Source: Bacteroidia bacterium (GTDB taxonomy: Bacteria > Bacteroidota > Bacteroidia > UBA4408). From it: DNA of 34,245 nt. The stretch spans positions 1 through 34,245 of the forward strand of contig JBEBIC010000003.1 of assembly GCA_040080595.1 (NCBI GenBank). The letters run 5' to 3'. Made by a program: the position numbers and the translations under genes. Numbering within the stretch: the stretch's first letter is position 1; the number at the start of each line of letters is the position of its first letter. Below the pieces are notes generated by a model. The model did not search any database. It was given only the letters and a program-made list of their open reading frames with translations, and had not been told where the DNA came from. Shown here one piece after another: positions 10,022 through 18,125 of the stretch.

Positions 10022-10378
10022 ATGGCATTTTTTAAAAACATAAAATTTTCAACAACAGTAGTAGCTTTTATTATAGGCTGTGTGTTATGTATAGGTACGC
10101 CTGCTATGGCACAACGTATGGATACCGAAAACTTAAACCAGTTAAATGCAGGTAAAGAAAAATCGATTACTCGTGCTCAAATAAAAAACAATACCGAAAA
10201 AAATTATAAAGCATTTACCAAACGCCAAAGCAAATCGGCACGTAGAATGATGAAAGCTGATGCTAAAAAATCTAAACGTATAAACGAAGGACAAGCACCA
10301 CATACTAAAATGGAAAACTTCTTTAAACGCTTTAAAAAGAAAAACGGAGGTACAAAAGGAAGTAAAGGACGTAAATAA
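10022..10378 (+). CDS. Hypothetical exported, very Lys/Arg-rich protein
   Basis: Signal peptide (AMA|Q), strongly basic mature part, followed by an inverted repeat. Confidence 0.7.
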   Translation: MAFFKNIKFSTTVVAFIIGCVLCIGTPAMAQRMDTENLNQLNAGKEKSITRAQIKNNTEKNYKAFTKRQSKSARRMMKADAKKSKRINEGQAPHTKMENFFKRFKKKNGGTKGSKGRK

Positions 10379-10400
10379 AATTTCTTATTATAAACTAATG

Positions 10401-10446
10401 TAAATAATGATTGAATAGATGTTAAAACCTATTCAATCATTATTTA
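10401..10446 (+). terminator. 18-bp perfect inverted repeat (terminator or mRNA-stability hairpin)
   Basis: taaataatgattgaatag (10401-10418) / ctattcaatcattattta (10429-10446), 10-nt loop. Confidence 0.6.
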
Positions 10447-10464
10447 TTTAAACTAATAAACACA

Positions 10465-10764
10465 ATGCTAATATATAACGTAACCGTAAATGTAGAAAAC
10501 GACGTGCGCGACCAATGGGTACATTGGATGAAAACCGAACACATGCCTGCAGTAATAGCTACAGGCTATTTTACCGAAAGTAAACTATACAAAGTATTGG
10601 TAAGCGAGGAGCAAGGTACTACGTACAGTGCACAATACAGTTGCAATAATCACGAGGATTTAGCACAATATAAGCTACACGGTGCACCACTATTGCAAAA
10701 AGAAGCCAGTGATAAATTTGGCGGTAAGTTTTCGGCGTTTCGTACCAACTTGGAGCTGATATAA
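10465..10764 (+). CDS. DUF4286 family protein
   Basis: MLIYNVT.....W..WMK..H.P.V..TG.F...TYS.QY...FG.K..AFRT.LE pattern. Confidence 0.9.
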   Translation: MLIYNVTVNVENDVRDQWVHWMKTEHMPAVIATGYFTESKLYKVLVSEEQGTTYSAQYSCNNHEDLAQYKLHGAPLLQKEASDKFGGKFSAFRTNLELI

Positions 10765-10792
10765 GCGCATAAAATAGTAGTTTAAATAAAAC

Positions 10793-10800
10793 TATATTTG
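10793..10800 (+). promoter_or_regulatory. Bacteroidota -7 promoter element (TATATTTG-CA) for comA and the rhodanese
   Basis: Canonical TAnnTTTGCA, 48 nt upstream of the ATG at 10849. Confidence 0.6.
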
Positions 10801-10848
10801 CACCTAAATAAATTATACACATAGTATTACATTAAAAACATATTTACA

Positions 10849-11631
10849 ATGAATTTTGAATTATCACACCTGCCCGAACGCCCTACACAACCACGCCAAA
10901 AAGGCTTAACTATGGTTATGGACAAAGGTCTTAGCTTACGCGAAGCCGAAAACTTTATGGACGCTTCGAGCGAATATTGCGACTTAGTAAAACTTGGTTT
11001 TGGAACAAGTTATGTAACCAAAAACTTAGACGCTAAAATAAAAATGTACCACGATGCTGGTATGAAAGTATATTTGGGAGGTACATTGTTTGAAGCATTT
11101 GTTATTCGCAATCAGTTTGATGATTATAAACGCTTGTTGGATAAATACAAACTAAGTACAGTAGAAGTATCGGACGGAAGTATAGTACTTGACCACGATT
11201 TAAAATGTAAATACATAAACGAATTAAGTAAAAATTATACCGTACTAAGCGAAGTTGGCTCTAAAGAAGAAGGTATAATTATACACCCACGCCGTTGGGT
11301 AAGTATGATGCAAACCGAACTAGAGGCTGGTTCGTGGAAAGTAATAGCTGAGGCCCGTGAAAGTGGTACAGTAGGTATTTTTCATAAAGACGGAAAAACA
11401 CATACCCTACTTATAGACCAAATAGTAAGTAAAGTAAACAACGATAACATATTGTGGGAAGCCCCAATAAAATCGCAACAAGTGTGGTTTATTAAAAAGT
11501 TTGACCAAAACGTAAACTTAGGTAACATAGCTCCACACGACCTTATAGCCCTAGAAACCTTGCGTATAGGCTTACGTGGCGATACATTCTTTGATTATTT
11601 ACCCAAAGAATTAAACAGAGACGTTAAATAA
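10849..11631 (+). CDS. comA: Phosphosulfolactate synthase (ComA/HSA32 family)
   Basis: PR..GLTMVMDKG, D.VKLGFGTS, GGTLFE, EVSDG, SEVGSK, EARESG, WEAP..Q, VNLGNI, LE.LR.GLRGDT. Confidence 0.93.
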   Translation: MNFELSHLPERPTQPRQKGLTMVMDKGLSLREAENFMDASSEYCDLVKLGFGTSYVTKNLDAKIKMYHDAGMKVYLGGTLFEAFVIRNQFDDYKRLLDKYKLSTVEVSDGSIVLDHDLKCKYINELSKNYTVLSEVGSKEEGIIIHPRRWVSMMQTELEAGSWKVIAEARESGTVGIFHKDGKTHTLLIDQIVSKVNNDNILWEAPIKSQQVWFIKKFDQNVNLGNIAPHDLIALETLRIGLRGDTFFDYLPKELNRDVK

Positions 11632-11646
11632 TAATAGCACATAAAA

Positions 11647-11964
11647 ATGGTAAACGAAATAACAGTACAAGAGGTAAAAAAAGCATTAGACGAACATCAA
11701 AACGTAATGGTAATAGATGTACGTGAACAACACGAAGTAGATGCAGCCAACTTTGGTGCAACCCACATACCTATGGGCGAAGTATTAGATAGATTAAACG
11801 AAATACCAAAAGATAAACCTGTATATATACACTGCCGTAGTGGCTCACGCAGTGGCGCTATATGCAACGCACTTATGAATAGTGGTTACACCAATGTATT
11901 TAATGTAAAAGGTGGAATAGTGGCATGGAGCAAAGAAATAGATACTACTTTGCAAGTACTGTAA
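11647..11964 (+). CDS. Single-domain rhodanese (sulfurtransferase)
   Basis: IDVRE..E, active-site loop CRSGSRS, GGI.AW. Confidence 0.93.
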   Translation: MVNEITVQEVKKALDEHQNVMVIDVREQHEVDAANFGATHIPMGEVLDRLNEIPKDKPVYIHCRSGSRSGAICNALMNSGYTNVFNVKGGIVAWSKEIDTTLQVL

Positions 11965-11982
11965 ATATAGTTTTCCTATAAC

Positions 11983-12025
11983 ATTCACACGCCCCTTGTT
12001 GCTTTGCAACAAGGGGCGTGTGAAT
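11983..12025. terminator. 20-bp perfect inverted repeat between convergent genes, probable bidirectional terminator
   Basis: attcacacgccccttgttgc-TTT-gcaacaaggggcgtgtgaat between the rhodanese and purB stop codons. Confidence 0.8.
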
Positions 12026-12063
12026 TAAAAGACAGTGCTAACATTCGGGGCTATTTAACCTAC

Positions 12064-13410
12064 TTAAAATATACCCGTATAATTATGCGGACTAATCTTT
12101 TTCAATTCTTTTTTAAGCGCACTCGTTACGTCTAACTCATCTATAAAAGCGTGCATTGTACCTTGTGTTATAGCACTGTTGCTACGTGTTAGCGCTTTTA
12201 AGGCTTCGTACGGATTAGCATATCCCTCACGGCGCAATACAGTTTGTATTGCCTCGGCTACCACTGCCCAATTACTTTCTAAGTCGTGGGATAGTTGTGC
12301 TTCGTTCAATATTAATTTATCCCAACCTTTGGTTATAGATTGCATAGCTATTACCGTATGTGCCAATGGCACACCAATGGTACGCAACACGGTGCTGTCG
12401 GTTAAGTCGCGCTGTAGGCGGCTTACAGGTAGTTTGGCAGCTAAGTATTCTAGCAAAGCATTAGCAATACCAAGGTTGCCCTCAGCGTTTTCAAAATCAA
12501 TAGGATTTACCTTGTGGGGCATAGCACTACTACCTACCTCGCCTGCTTTTATTTTTTGTTTAAAATATTCCATACTTACGTACTGCCACATATCTCGGCA
12601 AAGGTCGGTAAGTATCGTGTTTATGCGGGCTATAGCGTGGAAGCGCGCGCCCATATTATCATAATGTTCTATTTGTGTGGTGTATTGCAAACGCTCTAAA
12701 CCTAGCTTTTGTTTTGCAAATTCGTTAGAAAATTTTTCCCAATTTACCTTAGGGTAAGTTATGTGGTGTGCATTAAAATTACCAGTAGCACCGCCAAACT
12801 TAGCACTGTGTGGCACTTGGTTAAGTAACGCTAATTGATTGTTAATACGCTCTACATACACTTTTATTTCTTTGCCTAATTTGGTGGGAGATGCGGGCTG
12901 CCCATGAGTGCGGGCAAGCATTGCAACGGCTTTCCAATCGTTGGCACTTACATTAAGTTGCTTTACCAATTTGTTTACCATTGGTATATATACATCGTTA
13001 GTAAAATCTTTAATAGTAAGTGGTACAGCAGTGTTGTTAATGTCTTGCGAGGTAAGCGCAAAGTGTACAAATTCTTTTTCGGTAACTATGTTTAGTTTGT
13101 CAAACTGTTGTTTTATATAGTACTCCACGGCTTTTACATCGTGGTTAGTTACTTTTTCTATTTCTTTTACAGCTAAAGCATCTTCTACCGTAAAGTCTAA
13201 ATAAATGCTACGCAAGGCTTTGTACTGCGCTTTTTTTATTCCTTTTAGTTCGGCTAATGGTAGTTCGCACAGTGCTATAAAGTATTCTATCTCTACTTGT
13301 ATGCGGTATTTTATTAATGCGTATTCGCTAAAATAATTTGCCAATTGTGCTGTAGTACGTCTGTATCTACCGTCTATTGATGATATTGCTGTAAGTTGAT
13401 TCAATTCCAT
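12064..13410 (-). CDS. purB: Adenylosuccinate lyase
   Basis: S.IDGRY, TNHDVKAVEY, RTHGQPA.PT, signature GSSAMPHKVNPIDFEN. Start moved to ATG 13410 (MELNQL) because the track start at 13467 lies inside a -7 element. Confidence 0.97.
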   Translation of the reverse strand: MELNQLTAISSIDGRYRRTTAQLANYFSEYALIKYRIQVEIEYFIALCELPLAELKGIKKAQYKALRSIYLDFTVEDALAVKEIEKVTNHDVKAVEYYIKQQFDKLNIVTEKEFVHFALTSQDINNTAVPLTIKDFTNDVYIPMVNKLVKQLNVSANDWKAVAMLARTHGQPASPTKLGKEIKVYVERINNQLALLNQVPHSAKFGGATGNFNAHHITYPKVNWEKFSNEFAKQKLGLERLQYTTQIEHYDNMGARFHAIARINTILTDLCRDMWQYVSMEYFKQKIKAGEVGSSAMPHKVNPIDFENAEGNLGIANALLEYLAAKLPVSRLQRDLTDSTVLRTIGVPLAHTVIAMQSITKGWDKLILNEAQLSHDLESNWAVVAEAIQTVLRREGYANPYEALKALTRSNSAITQGTMHAFIDELDVTSALKKELKKISPHNYTGIF

Positions 13411-13464
13411 TACTTTTGTTGTGTATTTAAAATAAAATGAGTTGCTGCGTAAATTACTATTGCG

Positions 13465-13472
13465 CAAATATA
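13465..13472 (-). promoter_or_regulatory. -7 promoter element (TATATTTG-CG) for purB
   Basis: TAnnTTTG match 54 nt upstream of ATG 13410. Confidence 0.55.
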
Positions 13473-13491
13473 AATCTACTTTCGGTTTACT

Positions 13492-14193
13492 ATGATAAAA
13501 GTTTCAGTTGTATCGTATCTTAATGCCACGCCTTTCGTGTATGGCTTAAAACAGTATAAATTTACTACTCCTTTTGAATTAAGTACAGACCCGCCCAACA
13601 TTTGCGCACAAAAACTCATCAATAATCAAATAGATATAGGCTTGGTACCCATTGCTATTATTCCGCAATTGCCCACTCCTACTATCATTACCGATTATTG
13701 TATAGGGGCTAATGGCAAGGTGCTTAGTGTACAATTGTTTAGCAATAAGCCGTTACACGAAATAAAAACTATAGGTGTAGATGCTGAATCTAACACGTCC
13801 AACAAACTATGCAAACTATTATGTGATGAGCATTGGCACATAAATCCAACGTTTACTACTTATGCCACCACCAACGATGCCAACATAATAATAGGTGATA
13901 GAGCCTTGGCAGCCTTAGGTACGTATGCCTACGAGTTTGATTTGGCTGAAGCTTGGCAAGCGTATACCAACCTACCTTTTGTATTTGCCGCTTGGGTAAG
14001 CAACAAACCTATTGCGCCTGCTTTTGTAGCCGAACTAAATACTGCCTTAGCATTAGGAGTAAACGCTATACCTACATTGCTAACTACTAATTATACTAAT
14101 GATGAGTTAGTGAGTACTTATTTAACACAGCATATTTGTTATAATTTGGGAACTGAGCAACACCAAGCTATTACACAGTTTTTGGAAGTGTAA
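13492..14193 (+). CDS. mqnA: Chorismate dehydratase, futalosine menaquinone pathway (MqnA/MqnD family)
   Basis: VSYLNA.P, CIGA.G.V.SV, S.TS..L, IIGDRAL, DLAEAW...T.LPFVFA.W. Confidence 0.88.
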   Translation: MIKVSVVSYLNATPFVYGLKQYKFTTPFELSTDPPNICAQKLINNQIDIGLVPIAIIPQLPTPTIITDYCIGANGKVLSVQLFSNKPLHEIKTIGVDAESNTSNKLCKLLCDEHWHINPTFTTYATTNDANIIIGDRALAALGTYAYEFDLAEAWQAYTNLPFVFAAWVSNKPIAPAFVAELNTALALGVNAIPTLLTTNYTNDELVSTYLTQHICYNLGTEQHQAITQFLEV

Positions 14194-14291
14194 AACAAAA
14201 TTATTTTGCATAAACACTAAGCACTATTCTAAGCATTTAACTATGTATTAAAATAAACCCATTAACACCACGTATAATTGTACTTCATATT

Positions 14292-14345
14292 ACACACAAA
14301 AAAAATAGGATTAACCCACGTGGTTAATCCTATTTTTTTGTGTGT
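14292..14345. terminator. Bidirectional intrinsic terminator between convergent mqnA and the TPR gene
   Basis: aaaaaaataggattaacc (14299-14316) / ggttaatcctattttttt (14322-14339), A/T tracts on both sides, outer acacac/gtgtgt extension. Confidence 0.85.
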
Positions 14346-14358
14346 TGATATTGGTATT

Positions 14359-15558
14359 TTACAATTTGTTCATTTCTTCTTGTATTGCTTTTGCTTTGTC
14401 CATTTGTTCAGTCATTAAATATAATTCTTTAATGTTTTGATACAAACCTTTAAGGTCAGCTTTGTCAGTAGTACCAGCAGCTTTGGCGCGCTCCATAAAT
14501 GGTAATGCCTCTTTGAATTTAGCTTCAGCTTTTAAACTTTCGGAGTCGTATAATTTTTGGTCTTTTATTTTTTCGGCCGTATTTTTAATGACTACACCTT
14601 CATTATAATATAAAATACCTAATTGATACAATGCGCTATAGTGTGCTGGATTTAATGCAATAGCTTTTCTTAGTTCAGCGTCAGAGTTATTTAGATATGT
14701 TGTTTTTTCAGTCGCTGAGATTTGTTTTTGTTTTGCGTCAGGAGTAGCCTGTCTGTAATTTAGAAGTCCTAAAATATAGTGTAATTCAGCATTTGAGGGA
14801 TCTAAATCTATCGCTAATTTTACATTATCTACAGCCTCTTTTACCTTGCCCTCTTTTTCAGCTGTATATACCTCTTCCATAATCAAATCTTTATCGTTAG
14901 GATATGCTTTGCGCCCTGCTGTTAATGCCTCTTTAGCACCTACGGCATCATTTGACAATAAACATAAATTTTCTAAATCAAGATACATTTTAGCTTTAAG
15001 GTGTTTCATTCCAATAAGTTCTTTGTATATTATTTTAGCCTCATCATAAGATTTATTTTTTTCAGCGCTAACACCAACAAAATAATACGCTACCGTATCT
15101 ATTGTATTATTGTTTTTTTTGTTGAGATCAAAAGCTGTTTTTAATTCTTTTTGAGATGTAATAAAATCACCTTTAGTGTAAGCGGCTACACCACTATTAC
15201 GTACATTTATATATGTACGATTAGCACCATCTGCACTTTCTTTTTTGTAATTACCTTTTACATCTAACTCTACCAATTTCATCCACGCTTCGTTTGCTTT
15301 TTTCATAGCATCAGCATCAATAGCTGTTACAGCTGCGTCTTTGCTGGTGTATATGGCATCGTATATTTGCGCACGATACATCCATGTTTTAGGGTCAATC
15401 TTGGTGCTTTCGTTTTCCGATGCTAAATCAATGTATTTTTTAGCATCAACTAATTCGCCATTTTTAAAATAATTGTAAGCGCTTACTCTGTTAGAGGTTT
15501 GTGCATTTACGCTAATAATGCTTGCAACTAATGCTGCTGATAAAATTAATTTTTTCAT
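14359..15558 (-). CDS. Exported tetratricopeptide-repeat protein
   Basis: Signal peptide (VNA|Q); repeated TPR helices (AIDLDPSNAELHYILG, AIALNPAHYSALYQLG..YYN). Confidence 0.88.
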   Translation of the reverse strand: MKKLILSAALVASIISVNAQTSNRVSAYNYFKNGELVDAKKYIDLASENESTKIDPKTWMYRAQIYDAIYTSKDAAVTAIDADAMKKANEAWMKLVELDVKGNYKKESADGANRTYINVRNSGVAAYTKGDFITSQKELKTAFDLNKKNNNTIDTVAYYFVGVSAEKNKSYDEAKIIYKELIGMKHLKAKMYLDLENLCLLSNDAVGAKEALTAGRKAYPNDKDLIMEEVYTAEKEGKVKEAVDNVKLAIDLDPSNAELHYILGLLNYRQATPDAKQKQISATEKTTYLNNSDAELRKAIALNPAHYSALYQLGILYYNEGVVIKNTAEKIKDQKLYDSESLKAEAKFKEALPFMERAKAAGTTDKADLKGLYQNIKELYLMTEQMDKAKAIQEEMNKL

Positions 15559-15600
15559 AGTGTAGTTATATAAATTATCGTTGTTGTGTGTTAGTTGTTA

Positions 15601-15622
15601 TACAAATAGATTGCCAAAGGTA
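15601..15622 (-). promoter_or_regulatory. Putative sigma54-like -24/-12 site overlapping a TAnnTTTG element upstream of the TPR gene
   Basis: Minus strand reads TACCTTTGGCAATCTATTTGTA, containing TGGCA-N6-TTGT and TACCTTTG. Confidence 0.45.
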
Positions 15623-15623
15623 A

Positions 15624-17015
15624 TTAATACCCCAAAATATTCATCATGCTCTTAGCACTTTGTTCCTTGGCAAATAGCTTTGTGGTGTAACCTCCCTCGC
15701 CATCTTTATCTATGAGTATGTGCTTAGGTGCAGGTATTAAGCAGTGCTGTATGCCACCGTAGCCACCTATGCTTTCTTGGTATGCACCTGTGTGGAAAAA
15801 GCCTATGTACAAAGGGTTTTTCTTATCATACTTTGGTAAAAATATTTGGTTGTTATCTTTTTCTTCGTAGTTATAAAAATCTTCGCCATCGCAGGTTATA
15901 CCACCTAAGTTTACGGTATCAAAGGGCTTGTCCCAGTTGTTTATAGCAAGGAATACAAACTGTTGTTTTATACCCCAAGTATCGGGCAAGGTAGTTATAA
16001 ACGAGCTATCAATCATGTACCAAAGTTCGTTATCGTTTTGTAATTTAGTATCAATAACGGAGTATATAATAGCACCACTTTCGCCTACGGTATAGCTACC
16101 AAATTCAGTATATATGTTGGGTTCATCTACCCCTTCATCATTACATATTTCTTTTATGGTTTTAACAATATGCTCTGCCATAAATTCATAATCGTACTTA
16201 AACGACAGCGATGTTTTTATAGGAAAACCGCCACCTATATCTATACTATCTAACTCGGGACATACTTTTTTAAGCGCACAATATATGCGTATATTTTTAC
16301 TTAATTCGTTCCAGTAGTAAGGGTTATCTTTTATACCTGTGTTTATAAAAAAGTGTAGCATTTTAAGTTTAAAACGTTTGCTACCTTTTATGCGTTGCTC
16401 GTACAAATTAATAATTTCGGAAGCACGCACACCCAAGCGTGCCGTGTAAAATTCGTTATCAGGTTCTTCGGCGCAGGCAATACGAATTCCTAAATTACAG
16501 TTCTTTTTTATAGATTTTTCGTAGTGATTAATCTCGTCCAAATTATCCAAAATAGGTATAACGTTGCTCCAGCCATCGTTTACCAAGTCGGCTATGGCTT
16601 GTTGGTAATTGGGACGTTTGTAGCCATTGCATATTAGCGTAATGTCTTTAGTTATTTTACCTGTTTGATGTAAAGTTTTAATAATAGGAATATCAAATGC
16701 CGATGAGGTTTCTAAATACACTTCGTTTTTTAAAACTTCGTCTAGCACAAAACTAAAATGCGAACTTTTGGTGCAATAACAGTAATGGTAAGATCCCTTG
16801 TAATCTACTTTGGCTATACCTACGTTAAATAACTTTTTGGAACGTTGAATATTTTGGCTTATCTTTGGTAGATAAGTAAGTTTGAGTGGCGTGCCATATT
16901 TTTTAATAAGTTCCATAACAGGCACTCCATTAAAAATAAGTTGGTTATTATCTACCTCAAATTCATCTTGAGGAAAAATAAAGTTGTTTTCAATAAATTC
17001 TTGATAATTATTCAT
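15624..17015 (-). CDS. speA: Arginine decarboxylase (fold-type III PLP enzyme, Bacteroidota type)
   Basis: YCYCTKSSH PLP-lysine, ETSS..D, CNGYK, LHFF, DIGGG, EFGSYTVG, GGITCDG.D. Start is likely ATG 17015 (MNNYQ) or 17030, not 17099. Confidence 0.9.
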   Translation of the reverse strand: MNNYQEFIENNFIFPQDEFEVDNNQLIFNGVPVMELIKKYGTPLKLTYLPKISQNIQRSKKLFNVGIAKVDYKGSYHYCYCTKSSHFSFVLDEVLKNEVYLETSSAFDIPIIKTLHQTGKITKDITLICNGYKRPNYQQAIADLVNDGWSNVIPILDNLDEINHYEKSIKKNCNLGIRIACAEEPDNEFYTARLGVRASEIINLYEQRIKGSKRFKLKMLHFFINTGIKDNPYYWNELSKNIRIYCALKKVCPELDSIDIGGGFPIKTSLSFKYDYEFMAEHIVKTIKEICNDEGVDEPNIYTEFGSYTVGESGAIIYSVIDTKLQNDNELWYMIDSSFITTLPDTWGIKQQFVFLAINNWDKPFDTVNLGGITCDGEDFYNYEEKDNNQIFLPKYDKKNPLYIGFFHTGAYQESIGGYGGIQHCLIPAPKHILIDKDGEGGYTTKLFAKEQSAKSMMNILGY

Positions 17016-17124
17016 GTGAGATGACGACATAGCTTTTTTTAACTTACTTACATTGATTATAAAAACCAAAAGTAACTGAATTACATTAATAAAAAACACT
17101 TAAACTAAATTTATTACAATTATC

Positions 17125-18075
17125 ATGAGCAGTAGAAAAATAAAGTTTATTGAAGTTAAAAGCGAACTAGGCGCAGGTACACGTGGGGCAAGTATGGGCG
17201 TAGATGCGCTTAAAATAGCAGCGTTAGATTATGGAAGTAACTTGTTTAAAAAATACGAAAGTGTAGAAGTGCCCAACGAAAACAACTTGTTGTTTGAACC
17301 CATTGGTAGCCCTTACGCACGTCGTATAAAAGGCATATACAGTATGTGGGAAAAAGTAGCTACCGAAGTAAGTGCTACGCTTAAAAAAGGAATATTCCCC
17401 ATAGTGCTTTCGGGCGACCATAGTAATGGCGGCGCAACAATATCGGGCGTGAAAATGGCATTGCCCAAAACCGCTAAACTAGGCGTAATATGGATAGATG
17501 CCCACGCCGATATACACAGCCCATATACCACCCCAAGCGGAAACATGCACGGAATGCCACTTGCAGCGGTACTTAACGAAGATAATCTCAACAATAAAAA
17601 CAATAAGCCCGACAAAGAAACGGTGGACTATTGGAATAAAATGAAAAAAATAGGTAACATAGCACCCAAAATTACCTATAAAGATTTGGTGTTTATTTCC
17701 TTGCGCGACGTAGAACCCGAAGAAAGTTATTTACTTAAAAACAACAAAGTAAAAATATATACTACAGCCGAGGTTAAGCGCAACGGAGTAGAAAGTATAG
17801 CGCGCGATACACTTGCGCACCTTGCACATTGCACACACATATACATTAGTTTTGATGTGGATAGTATGGATAGTAGTATAAGTAAAGGTACTGGAACACC
17901 TGTGCGCAATGGTATTAACGAGAAAGAAGCTGGCTCATTGTTAGTACGACTAATACAAAACGAAAAAATGTGCGCCTTTGAAATATGCGAAATAAATCCA
18001 ACATTGGATAGTGAAAACTTAATGGCGGAAAATACATTTGAGATATTGCAAAGAGTGGTAAGCCAGTTGGTGTAA
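17125..18075 (+). CDS. rocF: Arginase
   Basis: GDHS, DAHAD, SGNMHGMP, SFDVD, GTGTP and E.NP motifs. Confidence 0.92.
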   Translation: MSSRKIKFIEVKSELGAGTRGASMGVDALKIAALDYGSNLFKKYESVEVPNENNLLFEPIGSPYARRIKGIYSMWEKVATEVSATLKKGIFPIVLSGDHSNGGATISGVKMALPKTAKLGVIWIDAHADIHSPYTTPSGNMHGMPLAAVLNEDNLNNKNNKPDKETVDYWNKMKKIGNIAPKITYKDLVFISLRDVEPEESYLLKNNKVKIYTTAEVKRNGVESIARDTLAHLAHCTHIYISFDVDSMDSSISKGTGTPVRNGINEKEAGSLLVRLIQNEKMCAFEICEINPTLDSENLMAENTFEILQRVVSQLV

Positions 18076-18125
18076 TAGCTTCTAAAAAAAACAACTTTAA
18101 AATTTATAAAACAAACAGTAAACAA

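Noticed and set aside
10849-11631. comA as evidence for coenzyme M biosynthesis
   Set aside because: No other com genes in the window, and stand-alone ComA homologs are widespread in bacteria that do not make CoM.
13411-13467. N-terminal extensions of PurB (and likewise SpeA to 17099, Nudix to 27104, adhesin to 31051)
   Set aside because: The extensions overlap promoter or terminator elements or precede the family-typical start or signal peptide; likely ORF-caller artefacts.
11983-14345. Long perfect hairpins as a REP/MITE family (outer arms share cacac/gtgtg)
   Set aside because: The stems are otherwise unrelated and each sits between convergent stop codons, which terminators explain.
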